A stretch of 60,063 nt of DNA from a virus (lineage: Duplodnaviria; Caudoviricetes): the IMG/VR virus record IMGVR_UViG_3300032295_002162, positions 1-60,063 of that record. The stretch is one strand, 5' to 3'. The translations under genes and the position numbers were made by a program. Below the pieces are notes generated by a model, which was not told where the DNA came from, ran no database searches, and saw nothing but the letters and a program-made list of their open reading frames with translations. This document shows, piece after piece, positions 37,178-45,738 of this stretch. Position 1 is the stretch's first letter. Each line of letters starts with the position of its first letter.

Positions 37178-38449
37178 TTATTGAACTTTATTTAATTTAG
37201 GTAATCTGATAGGAACAATAGTTGGTTTTCCTTTAGCGTATTTTTCCATAATATCTTCAAATTGCTTATTCATTTTTTCCAATGAAAAATTATTAACGAT
37301 ATTATCTTTCAATCCTTTAGATTGGTCTGAATATGTTTTATAGTTTTTATAAACATCGTGCATTTTATTAGCTGCGTTTGAATAATTTACAGTAAACCAT
37401 TGTGCCTCTTTCATAAGAAATTGGTCTGCCGCAGATTCATCAACTGCCGTTAACGAACCATCTAATAAAACAGTATTTTCTTTTGGTAGGAAATCTAAAT
37501 GACCACTCCAATTAGAAACTAAAATTGGTTTGCCAGTTGTTGCAAATTCTGCTAAAGGTCTACCATATCCTTCACCTTTAGCAAATGATACCATAGCTTT
37601 AACTTTTGGATGATGATATAAAGAAGCCATTTCACTTTCATTCAAATCACCATGCATCAAGTAGATAGGAGGACATTTATCACCAAATGTTTTAGTAATA
37701 CTATCAATTCTTTCAGCCATATTTTCTCTATCCATAACAGAGAATCCAGCTGATGATGTTTTTACAATCAAACCCGGTTGTTGTCCTTTTGGAATATATT
37801 GGAATACCGTAGCGAATGTTTTAATCACCATTCCAATATCTTTTCTATCCTGACCTAAATTACCCTTTAACCAATGCCCTACAGCTAAGAAGTTAAAATC
37901 GGTTTCAATTTTATCAAGTTGAGTTAAATTAGTTTTAGTTTCTGGCAAAAATACTGATAAATCAACACCTTCCATCAAAACTTCAACAGGTTTATTAACT
38001 CTAAATTCATTAACAATTTGACCTGTATTTTGATCTTTTTGTTGATATGCAGTTCCTACTAAAGAATTTTTAGTAAATGTAGATGGGACTAATGTTAAAT
38101 CCATTTTGTTTGTTCCATCGATAAATTCTTTTGGAACAATTGTAGTTTCAACTCCAGCAGTAATACCGATATTATAATTACCCATTGGAGTAAATTCGTT
38201 TGCTACTGAAACTTGCATAAAAATATCAGGCTTTACTTCAATTTGTCCGATTACTCTTTCCAACATCCATCTACCAAAATCAGTTTGTCCATCCACTTGG
38301 TTTTGTGGAGTATTACCCCATCTCATTGGGATGATTTTTATATTATATTTGTCCATCTTACGAAGAGATTTCAATAAATCTCTACAATGGTCACCATAAC
38401 CACTTCTCGTAAATACTGGCCCTTGAAATACTAATGTTTGCTTATTCAT
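37178..38449 (-). CDS. GT4-like (GT-B) glycosyltransferase
   Basis: RSGYG, RKDIG, KGEGYGRPLAE, WSGHLDF. Confidence 0.88.
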   Translation of the reverse strand: MNKQTLVFQGPVFTRSGYGDHCRDLLKSLRKMDKYNIKIIPMRWGNTPQNQVDGQTDFGRWMLERVIGQIEVKPDIFMQVSVANEFTPMGNYNIGITAGVETTIVPKEFIDGTNKMDLTLVPSTFTKNSLVGTAYQQKDQNTGQIVNEFRVNKPVEVLMEGVDLSVFLPETKTNLTQLDKIETDFNFLAVGHWLKGNLGQDRKDIGMVIKTFATVFQYIPKGQQPGLIVKTSSAGFSVMDRENMAERIDSITKTFGDKCPPIYLMHGDLNESEMASLYHHPKVKAMVSFAKGEGYGRPLAEFATTGKPILVSNWSGHLDFLPKENTVLLDGSLTAVDESAADQFLMKEAQWFTVNYSNAANKMHDVYKNYKTYSDQSKGLKDNIVNNFSLEKMNKQFEDIMEKYAKGKPTIVPIRLPKLNKVQ

Positions 38450-38454
38450 AACTT

Positions 38455-39858
38455 TTATTTAATTTTAAATACATCAAATCTATCACGCGGTTTCCAATTT
38501 GCTAAAGTGGTATCAATACCTTCACTCATTGTGTTAATCATATTGGTATGAGATAATCCCATATCACCGATGAATGCTTCTCTACCTTCCAAACCATTAG
38601 CTTTTCTTTCCTCTTTAGGAGTTTCATACATTTCTAAAATAGCCTGTGCTACTTCTTCCAAATCTACTCTATCATCCCAAATATAAGGTGTAGGAACTGA
38701 ACCTGCTAAACTTCTACTTCTACTCCATACCGGTCTAGCCCAACTTCCACAATTCAATTTATCTTCCCATTGTCTCCAATCGTGTAATGAACCCAATTCG
38801 ATATAATCATCTGGCGTTAGCAATGCTCCATCTTGTGTAAAGCCTGCCTGGTCTTGCAATCCACCCGTAACATTGATAATGATAGGAGTTCCAGCCATTA
38901 CTGATTCTGCAGTTGCTAATCCAAATCCTTCGTTGTTAGCTATGTTGATTGTTACATCTGCGATGTTATATATAAGATTTAATTCTTCAACAGGTCTCCT
39001 CTTTTCTGAAAAGATAATATTACTCTTTGATGCTACTGCCTCAATTACTTTAGGTAAATCAGTTCCGTTTTCATCGATAGGTTGTGTGTGCATTAGTAAA
39101 CATACTTTCTTTGCTTTCTCTTCACCAATCATTTCACAAAAACGATTGAATGCCCAAATCACATCAGCTGGTTGTTTTCTTCTAATGTTACGATTACTCC
39201 AATATAATACAAAATCATAGTCACCACCCTTTAAAATTTCTTTACGGAATTCCGCAGGAACTTCTGCTGGCTTATATACTTCAGTATTAATTCCGTGAGG
39301 AACATAACTAACTTGCCAAGGTTGTTTTGGCTGCCAAGTTGTTCCATTATCTAATGCTGATAATCTTTTAATGATACCATACGTTTGTCGAGAGATACAA
39401 CCAATCCAATCACAACTTTCATAATAGTTACGATTATATAATGGATCTGGCAAATCATCCCAAATTGCGTAGAATAAAATTGGAACGTTTTGTCTGATTT
39501 CATGCTCCATTTCATATAACCAAATCCAATATCTCGGGTCAGTAAAGTGTAAGATAGCATCAGGTTGTTCTGCATTAATTAGTTGTCTAATCAAATCCGC
39601 ATTACCATATCCATTCCAAGGAAGAACTTTAACCGATGCATCTGCTACACCCGTTCTTTGTCTAATATCTTCACTTAAATCCAATACTCTACCTTGTTCA
39701 GGGTGATTAATAGCGGCACCTACCTGAAACCAATCATATTTATCAACTGTACCTACAACAAATTCTTTTGACATTGTAGCTATACCACTTGCCATTCTTA
39801 AATCATCCGAAAGTAATAGGATTTTTGGTTTTTTCTTTGTAACGTTTTCCATTAACAT
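38455..39858 (-). CDS. GT4-like (GT-B) glycosyltransferase
   Basis: VPHGI, NRNIRRK, NEGFGLATAES, TGGLQD. Confidence 0.9.
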   Translation of the reverse strand: MLMENVTKKKPKILLLSDDLRMASGIATMSKEFVVGTVDKYDWFQVGAAINHPEQGRVLDLSEDIRQRTGVADASVKVLPWNGYGNADLIRQLINAEQPDAILHFTDPRYWIWLYEMEHEIRQNVPILFYAIWDDLPDPLYNRNYYESCDWIGCISRQTYGIIKRLSALDNGTTWQPKQPWQVSYVPHGINTEVYKPAEVPAEFRKEILKGGDYDFVLYWSNRNIRRKQPADVIWAFNRFCEMIGEEKAKKVCLLMHTQPIDENGTDLPKVIEAVASKSNIIFSEKRRPVEELNLIYNIADVTINIANNEGFGLATAESVMAGTPIIINVTGGLQDQAGFTQDGALLTPDDYIELGSLHDWRQWEDKLNCGSWARPVWSRSRSLAGSVPTPYIWDDRVDLEEVAQAILEMYETPKEERKANGLEGREAFIGDMGLSHTNMINTMSEGIDTTLANWKPRDRFDVFKIK

Positions 39859-39872
39859 TTTTGTTTTAACAA

Positions 39873-40076
39873 TTAAAATTGAGAACCGCTGATTTGTAGT
39901 TTTAGATATTCGTTCATTTCGTGTCTAAATTCTTCATCGGTTACATATCTTTCTACAGTTCTATTAACTAATTTTTGTAAAGTTACATCCGAATCGAACG
40001 ATACTTTTTTAAATGATGAATATACATCTTTAAGAAGTTTTACGGTTGTAAGCTTTGTGTTATCATTTTGCTTCAT
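39873..40076 (-). CDS. Ribbon-helix-helix-like small DNA-binding protein
   Basis: LTTVKL strand followed by two helices. Confidence 0.55.
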   Translation of the reverse strand: MKQNDNTKLTTVKLLKDVYSSFKKVSFDSDVTLQKLVNRTVERYVTDEEFRHEMNEYLKLQISGSQF

Positions 40077-40138
40077 ACTAATATTTGTTTTTGTATATAT
40101 AGATATAAATATATACTTCCCAAATTTTTAGTAAAAAA

Positions 40139-41008
40139 TTAAGCTATTCCATCACAAATTTTTCTATGAAAGAATTCACAATACTTGCAATTCTTTTGTC
40201 CTTTGCCTGGGTTTTTGGTATATGGGATGTCCAATCTCCTATCTCCGTTCTCATCGAATACAATATCGATGAATTCCATAAATTCAGAAAATGCTTTATT
40301 TACGGATGGAGAACCATTGGCAGGAATATGTTTTGATATGTATGGAATTGGAAATGGAGATTCTTCCATAAGTTTACGTTTCATAATTTGAAACTCAACT
40401 CGTATCTTTTGTAAAGGAATTCCGTATAAATCAGAATAGAACTTTTTATAAATAAGAATTTGAGCGTTCTTAATTTTATCTTCTTTCTGATATTTGTTCC
40501 AACCTCTAGTTGAAGTTTTTAAGTCAATGATAACTATTTCACCGGATGATACATCTCTTAATACAATATCAATAAATGCAATAAATTGAACACCTGGCTT
40601 AATTTCATAATTCATTGGTATTTCAATACCAACTAATTCGAATCCACTCTTTGTGTATAATTTATCAATATGCTTTTTAAACCATTCTAAAATTCTCCTA
40701 CCATCACCAAAGAATTCTTCCAATTCTATTTGCTCACACGGAGCGCCCTCACTCATCTTTTCCTTTTCCTTTACAAACTCATCTCTAAGTTTAGATAATA
40801 ACATCTTATCCATATCAAGCTCATTTGCCTGCTTTTTGGATACACCATAAAATACGGTCAGATAATGCTGAATTACTTCGTGCATTGCCGTTCCGAAAAT
40901 GGTATGTATATTAGATGAACTCTCACCTAATTTATCTATATAATTTAACTTATATTGTTGTGGACAGCTTGAATATGTGCTATATTGTGAGAAACTTACT
41001 CTAGTCAT
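40139..41008 (-). CDS. PD-(D/E)xK RecB/Cas4-like exonuclease
   Basis: SFSQ...CP, GTAMH, FID, IIDLKT, Q..IY, CKYC...C. Confidence 0.88.
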   Translation of the reverse strand: MTRVSFSQYSTYSSCPQQYKLNYIDKLGESSSNIHTIFGTAMHEVIQHYLTVFYGVSKKQANELDMDKMLLSKLRDEFVKEKEKMSEGAPCEQIELEEFFGDGRRILEWFKKHIDKLYTKSGFELVGIEIPMNYEIKPGVQFIAFIDIVLRDVSSGEIVIIDLKTSTRGWNKYQKEDKIKNAQILIYKKFYSDLYGIPLQKIRVEFQIMKRKLMEESPFPIPYISKHIPANGSPSVNKAFSEFMEFIDIVFDENGDRRLDIPYTKNPGKGQKNCKYCEFFHRKICDGIA

Positions 41009-41026
41009 TTGTTATTTTTTATGGTA

Positions 41027-41058
41027 TAAAGATACGAAAAATATCGCAATCTTCCAAA
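41027..41058 (-). promoter_or_regulatory. Bacteroidota-type promoter
   Basis: TTTGG-N19-TATCTTTA. Confidence 0.65.
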
Positions 41059-41069
41059 TTAAAATCTAG

Positions 41070-41438
41070 TTATTTTTCCCCTCCCCAATTCTTAATAATA
41101 CGCATAATTATAGTATTAGAAATATCTCCCATAGAAAATAAAATATCGTTTAACGGAGTTGCAGATACACCACCATCCTTTTCAAATTCATCAAAAAACC
41201 ATTTAGCCCATTGATTAAATTGTGAAAGTGTTATTAGGTTTTTATCAAAAGCCCTAATTATATCATCAGCTAAAATAGATTTAAATTGATACTCCTTATA
41301 TTTTTGTGATATGTTTACTTTACCAGAAAATATATCTATAGGTGCTACCATAATTGTTCTATTGGTATATCGTAAAGTATAATCACGAATATCTTGCTTA
41401 AGATCATTAATATATTGAAGTTTTGTGAATTTCTGCAC
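41070..41438 (-). CDS. Hypothetical protein (start uncertain)
   Basis: ORF fills the gap. Confidence 0.45.
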   Translation of the reverse strand: MQKFTKLQYINDLKQDIRDYTLRYTNRTIMVAPIDIFSGKVNISQKYKEYQFKSILADDIIRAFDKNLITLSQFNQWAKWFFDEFEKDGGVSATPLNDILFSMGDISNTIIMRIIKNWGGEK

Positions 41439-41442
41439 AATT

Positions 41443-41649
41443 TTAATTTAATTGAAATTCAATTACATTTAATTTGTAGTTCATTCCTTCGGAATTTTCC
41501 TCAACATAGATACTTGCTTTATTATCGTTCCATTCTACTTTTGTATCAAAATCAAAGTTTTTACTTTTAATAGTGGATTCTAATACAGTTTGAAGTTTAG
41601 TAGTATCCAAACTATTAATTAATTCTTTTATTTTTTCTGAATTTGTCAT
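41443..41649 (-). CDS. Hypothetical protein
   Basis: Coupled ORF. Confidence 0.55.
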   Translation of the reverse strand: MTNSEKIKELINSLDTTKLQTVLESTIKSKNFDFDTKVEWNDNKASIYVEENSEGMNYKLNVIEFQLN

Positions 41650-42095
41650 ATTTTTAATTTTAGTTTTTTTATAATTTTTGGGTCAGTTCCGTAACTTTCC
41701 GCTATATTTTGTAAGGTCTGATGTCCACCTTTGATTGCATACAGAATATCTACATATTCCTCAGCTTCATTTTCAGATACCTCATAGTATTTGGAAACCA
41801 ATTCTACCATCCATTTTTCATACTTTTCCGATGATGCGGGCTTCATATATTTCAAAAATGTCCTGCTTTTTGGGATAACCCCAATTAATGCCAAATATAA
41901 GGATTTTGGTGGTAGTTCCTGTAGTATTGGTTGTAACTCAGCTATGGTAGATACCCAATCGGTATTCATAGAAAGGAATCTAAGAACCATATAGTTAGAC
42001 CATGTCTTTTTATCCCCATCTTCCAAATTATCCCAATACTTAGGATTTTGGACATCAGTTATCTGCTTTATATGGTCAAATAGAGTTACTGCCAT
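41646..42095 (-). CDS. Clamp loader small subunit (gp62-like)
   Basis: LFDHIKQI...YMVLRFLSM...YYEVSENEAEEY; near the gp44-like gene. Confidence 0.75.
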   Translation of the reverse strand: MAVTLFDHIKQITDVQNPKYWDNLEDGDKKTWSNYMVLRFLSMNTDWVSTIAELQPILQELPPKSLYLALIGVIPKSRTFLKYMKPASSEKYEKWMVELVSKYYEVSENEAEEYVDILYAIKGGHQTLQNIAESYGTDPKIIKKLKLKI

Positions 42096-42097
42096 TG

Positions 42098-42355
42098 TTA
42101 TTCTGCTTTTAATCCTTTAGGTAATAGTTCATCAAGAACTTCACCACAATCTCCACAAAGGAATAATTCTACCGGAAATACTTCATCCTTTGGTTTGTTA
42201 GTAACTAACTTTGATATTCTTCTCCATGCGAATCCCTGAACAAATACTTCACCTCCGCATTTTTTACACGCGATTGCTTCAGTTTTTGTTAAATCTAATG
42301 GTTGAACTTCTTGCTCACCCATTCCTGTTCCATCTGCTCCTAAAATATTTGCCAT
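42098..42355 (-). CDS. Zinc-ribbon protein
   Basis: CKKCG...CGDCG. Confidence 0.7.
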   Translation of the reverse strand: MANILGADGTGMGEQEVQPLDLTKTEAIACKKCGGEVFVQGFAWRRISKLVTNKPKDEVFPVELFLCGDCGEVLDELLPKGLKAE

Positions 42356-42356
42356 A

Positions 42357-43301
42357 TTATCCGATTAAATTGTTTATTTGAATTAATGTTGCTGCCATTG
42401 GTATTTCCTTATCAATACATTGTGCGTGATTTAATTGACCTTGCGATAATTCAATTATTACATTGGCTGTATTGTTTGGTGCATATTCTTCTACTTTTTC
42501 ATATAACAAAGTATATAAATCAGTAAAGTCAGTTACCTTACTATCAATAATAGTTTGTCTTAGTTTTAGATAACGATTTCGTTTATCATCTTTTGATTTA
42601 AGAATATCAATAACTTTTTGTTTGTAATCATTTTCTAAAAGATTTTTAACATCAAGTTTTAATACACCTTTAATAGAATTCATTTGGCAAGTGTTGATTA
42701 CCTTACGAATATCAGGATAACTAGCATCGATGATTGGAACTAAATCTTTAATATCGAATTCCACATTTTCTGCTTTCAAAATCTTACTCATTTGAATTGC
42801 TACATCCTTTTTAGTTGGAGGAACAATCTGAAATGATTGACATCTACTTTGAATTGGGTCAATTACTTTCTCAACATAGTTACACGTTAAGATGAAACGA
42901 CAATGCCCACTAAATGTTTCCATTAAGTTACGCAAGATTGCCTGTGCGTTGTGAGTCATATAATCAAACTCATCCAAAATGATAATCTTAAATGGTTTGA
43001 ATCCCATAGAAGATGCAAAGTTGGTGATTTTAGTTCTTACAGTTTCAACATTGTTTTCAGATGATGCGTTGATAATCATATAATCACAATCAATCGATTT
43101 TACAATTAACTTTGCTAATGTAGTTTTACCCGTACCTGCTTTTCCATATAGTAATAAGTGTGGAATCTCAGCTGCTTCCAAATAACCTTCTACTTTTGAT
43201 TTTAGATGTTCGTTACCTACATAATCAACAAGCTTTGATGGGCGATACTTTTCTACCCAAAGGTTGTTGTTTACCTTTTCTTCAGTTTGCTCTATAAACA
43301 T
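42357..43301 (-). CDS. Clamp loader large subunit (RFC/gp44-like)
   Basis: WVEKYRP, GKAGTGKT, LDEFD, IQSRC. Confidence 0.95.
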   Translation of the reverse strand: MFIEQTEEKVNNNLWVEKYRPSKLVDYVGNEHLKSKVEGYLEAAEIPHLLLYGKAGTGKTTLAKLIVKSIDCDYMIINASSENNVETVRTKITNFASSMGFKPFKIIILDEFDYMTHNAQAILRNLMETFSGHCRFILTCNYVEKVIDPIQSRCQSFQIVPPTKKDVAIQMSKILKAENVEFDIKDLVPIIDASYPDIRKVINTCQMNSIKGVLKLDVKNLLENDYKQKVIDILKSKDDKRNRYLKLRQTIIDSKVTDFTDLYTLLYEKVEEYAPNNTANVIIELSQGQLNHAQCIDKEIPMAATLIQINNLIG

Positions 43302-43312
43302 AATTTATTTTT

Positions 43313-43744
43313 TTATTTTCCTGTTGAACCAAATCCACCTTCACCTCTTTCGGTATCCGATAACTCATCAGCTTCTTCAAACTCAATTGGAGGATGTGGA
43401 ATAATCATAATTTGTGCAACTCTATCACCTACTTTATAATCATTCTCACTAACCGAATTGTTATTAATCTTATTGAATGTGGCTTGTAACTCACCTCTAT
43501 ATCCACTATCGATTACTCCAACTGAATTACTTAATTGTAATCTAGTTTTTCTAATTGATGAACGAGGAAATACCAATCCTACAAATCCTTTAGGTATTTC
43601 CAATGCAACTCCCAATCCGTATGTTATTTGAGTATCTGTTTCTGATATAACCGATGTTGCTATTAAATCCATTCCAGCATCTCCATCTTTTGCATACGAT
43701 GGAATTTGTGCTAATGAATTTACTTTTTTAATTTTTACTTGCAT
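43313..43744 (-). CDS. dut: Trimeric dUTPase
   Basis: AGMDL, PRSS, GVIDSGYRGE, RVAQ, RGEGGFGSTG. Confidence 0.97.
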   Translation of the reverse strand: MQVKIKKVNSLAQIPSYAKDGDAGMDLIATSVISETDTQITYGLGVALEIPKGFVGLVFPRSSIRKTRLQLSNSVGVIDSGYRGELQATFNKINNNSVSENDYKVGDRVAQIMIIPHPPIEFEEADELSDTERGEGGFGSTGK

Positions 43745-43754
43745 ATTTTTTATT

Positions 43755-44972
43755 TTATCTTCCTACTTCTCCTAAATAATTTTCTTTCATTTGTTCCCAA
43801 CTCATTCCAATTGCATCAATATAGAATAAATGTTCAGGTTTCAATCTACCTTCATCATGTAGTTTTGTATATCTACTGATTGCATGTTTCTTCCACCATT
43901 TGTTAATGTATTCAACACCTTGCTCAAACTTAGGTTTTAGGATTAGTTTATCTTCATCAATTCTATTACATAAGAAATCGTTTCCGTTCTCATACATCAT
44001 AGCGAAATAAACACCTCTCTTAAATCCGTGATGATATTCAGTTGCTTTGATACCACACTCTTTGAAGATTTGTCCTAATATCTTTTGTTTGATACCACTA
44101 ACAGGTCCACTAGCTCCATCACCTGCTCCCATATTAGCACCATTACGAATACGTTCATTTGTGATATTGTTCTGATACCATTCAGCACGATTCTCTTTTA
44201 ACCATTGATGCCAAGGGTCATAGAATTTATCATCCGGCTTCAAACTAATTTTACCGGCTGATTCTCCTAAAGTTTTGAATAAAGGGATACCATTATATTG
44301 TGAGTGAATACCATATAAAGATGTTGTTCCAACTGCAATTAAAGTATTACCATATTTGGTTTTCCAATAGTTGCGAATTTCAGGAACAGTAGTCATCATA
44401 GCCACTAACTTACCACCTAAGAAGTTGTAACCTAATGGTTGGGTGCATACAATTGTAGAAGCGATAGTAGTATTGTTTAACTTACCATCAACAAACTTAT
44501 TATCTTTAGTCCAACCAATGTAGTTATCTCTAACTCCCATAGCTGTAACATCGGATGCTAATGAAATTTGTCCTAATAGTTTTCCACTTACTCTATCTTT
44601 TACATTAATCTTTACATTTCTGCCAGGGTTTGCTGTAAAATCCATTGTATGAATCATACGTCTTACCGCTGCCCATTTAGTAGATTCCTTCGGGTCATCA
44701 ACAATCTCAACGTAAGGGTCTAACGATTCAATTTCTTTTATCGTTAGCTCCTTATTGTTGATATCAGTTGGTTTCCATTGAAGGTCATAATAAGATGCAA
44801 TTTGGGATTTTGCTTGAATCATTGTAGGTTCTTGCAATTCTACCCACTTCTTATACAATGTTTGTTCCTGCACACTCATTGTCATAAGGTAGTCCATATT
44901 TTCTTTTAACTTTACTTTTTCAATATCAAAGTCAAAGACAGGTTTTTGTGGTTCAGTATCCCAAAAGCTCAT
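43755..44972 (-). CDS. DUF4338/DruA-like protein (Mom-related), long form
   Basis: PGRNVK, RDNYIGW, QPLGYNFLGGKL, WKTKYG, TTSLYG..SQY, LGESAG. Confidence 0.8.
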   Translation of the reverse strand: MSFWDTEPQKPVFDFDIEKVKLKENMDYLMTMSVQEQTLYKKWVELQEPTMIQAKSQIASYYDLQWKPTDINNKELTIKEIESLDPYVEIVDDPKESTKWAAVRRMIHTMDFTANPGRNVKINVKDRVSGKLLGQISLASDVTAMGVRDNYIGWTKDNKFVDGKLNNTTIASTIVCTQPLGYNFLGGKLVAMMTTVPEIRNYWKTKYGNTLIAVGTTSLYGIHSQYNGIPLFKTLGESAGKISLKPDDKFYDPWHQWLKENRAEWYQNNITNERIRNGANMGAGDGASGPVSGIKQKILGQIFKECGIKATEYHHGFKRGVYFAMMYENGNDFLCNRIDEDKLILKPKFEQGVEYINKWWKKHAISRYTKLHDEGRLKPEHLFYIDAIGMSWEQMKENYLGEVGR

Positions 44973-44978
44973 ATTATA

Positions 44979-45674
44979 TTATTTAATTTCTACTAAGTAG
45001 TATTCAGATTTGTAATCTCCATCTTCGAATGATACATGCGATAATCCTTTAGATGAAATTTTCAATGAAGATGATGTTGCTCCTTTGTTACCAACTAAGA
45101 TTGCTTTCAAATACTTTGCTGAGAATCCAATTGGTTCAATATCGTTTTCACACTTACAATTTACTGTCAATGAAATACGATTTGAATTGATAGATGAATA
45201 TCCTAATACGATTTCACCTTTACCACCTTTACACATAAATGTGAAAGTGTCTGCATCAGCCAATGCACCTTTTGATTTTACGAATTTGTTTACGAACTCA
45301 TCATCTAATGTAAGTTCTGCATCAAATGGAGGAAGTGCTTTCAATTCAGGAACTGCTGGAATTACTGAAGGTGCTGCCAACATATACTGCATTTTAGTTC
45401 CATTATCAGAGAACTTAATTGCGCCGGTTACTTCTTCAGCTTTAATGTTTTCATCCAATACACTCAATAATCCTTTCAATTGAGATGTGGTATAAATACC
45501 AAATTCACCTGCTGGAAAATCTGCATCTTTTAATGATACAGTACCTAACAAAGTTTTATCATCAGAAATCATTTTTACTGATAATTCCGAACCGTCTGAT
45601 TTAACCATAACTGATTCGATTTCTCCTCCTAAGTTGTAACGGTTAATAAAACCATCTAATTTACTTTTTTTCAT
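44979..45674 (-). CDS. Sliding clamp (gp45/PCNA-like)
   Basis: Size, EFGIY, FSAKYL and YYLV motifs; position next to PolB. Confidence 0.8.
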   Translation of the reverse strand: MKKSKLDGFINRYNLGGEIESVMVKSDGSELSVKMISDDKTLLGTVSLKDADFPAGEFGIYTTSQLKGLLSVLDENIKAEEVTGAIKFSDNGTKMQYMLAAPSVIPAVPELKALPPFDAELTLDDEFVNKFVKSKGALADADTFTFMCKGGKGEIVLGYSSINSNRISLTVNCKCENDIEPIGFSAKYLKAILVGNKGATSSSLKISSKGLSHVSFEDGDYKSEYYLVEIK

Positions 45675-45706
45675 GTTATTTTTTTAAAGTTTAAATTTTT
45701 ATTTTA

Positions 45707-45738
45707 CAAATATACGAATTTATTTTCATTTTACCAAA
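45707..45738 (-). promoter_or_regulatory. Bacteroidota-type promoter
   Basis: TTTGG-N19-TATATTTG. Confidence 0.75.

Noticed and set aside
21680-39858. Bacterial chromosomal capsule/LPS locus
   Set aside because: There are no wzx/wzy/ABC export genes, and it is flanked by phage structural and T4-like replication genes.
40139-41008. Cas4 of a CRISPR system
   Set aside because: It is a stand-alone phage PD-(D/E)xK exonuclease with no array or other cas genes.
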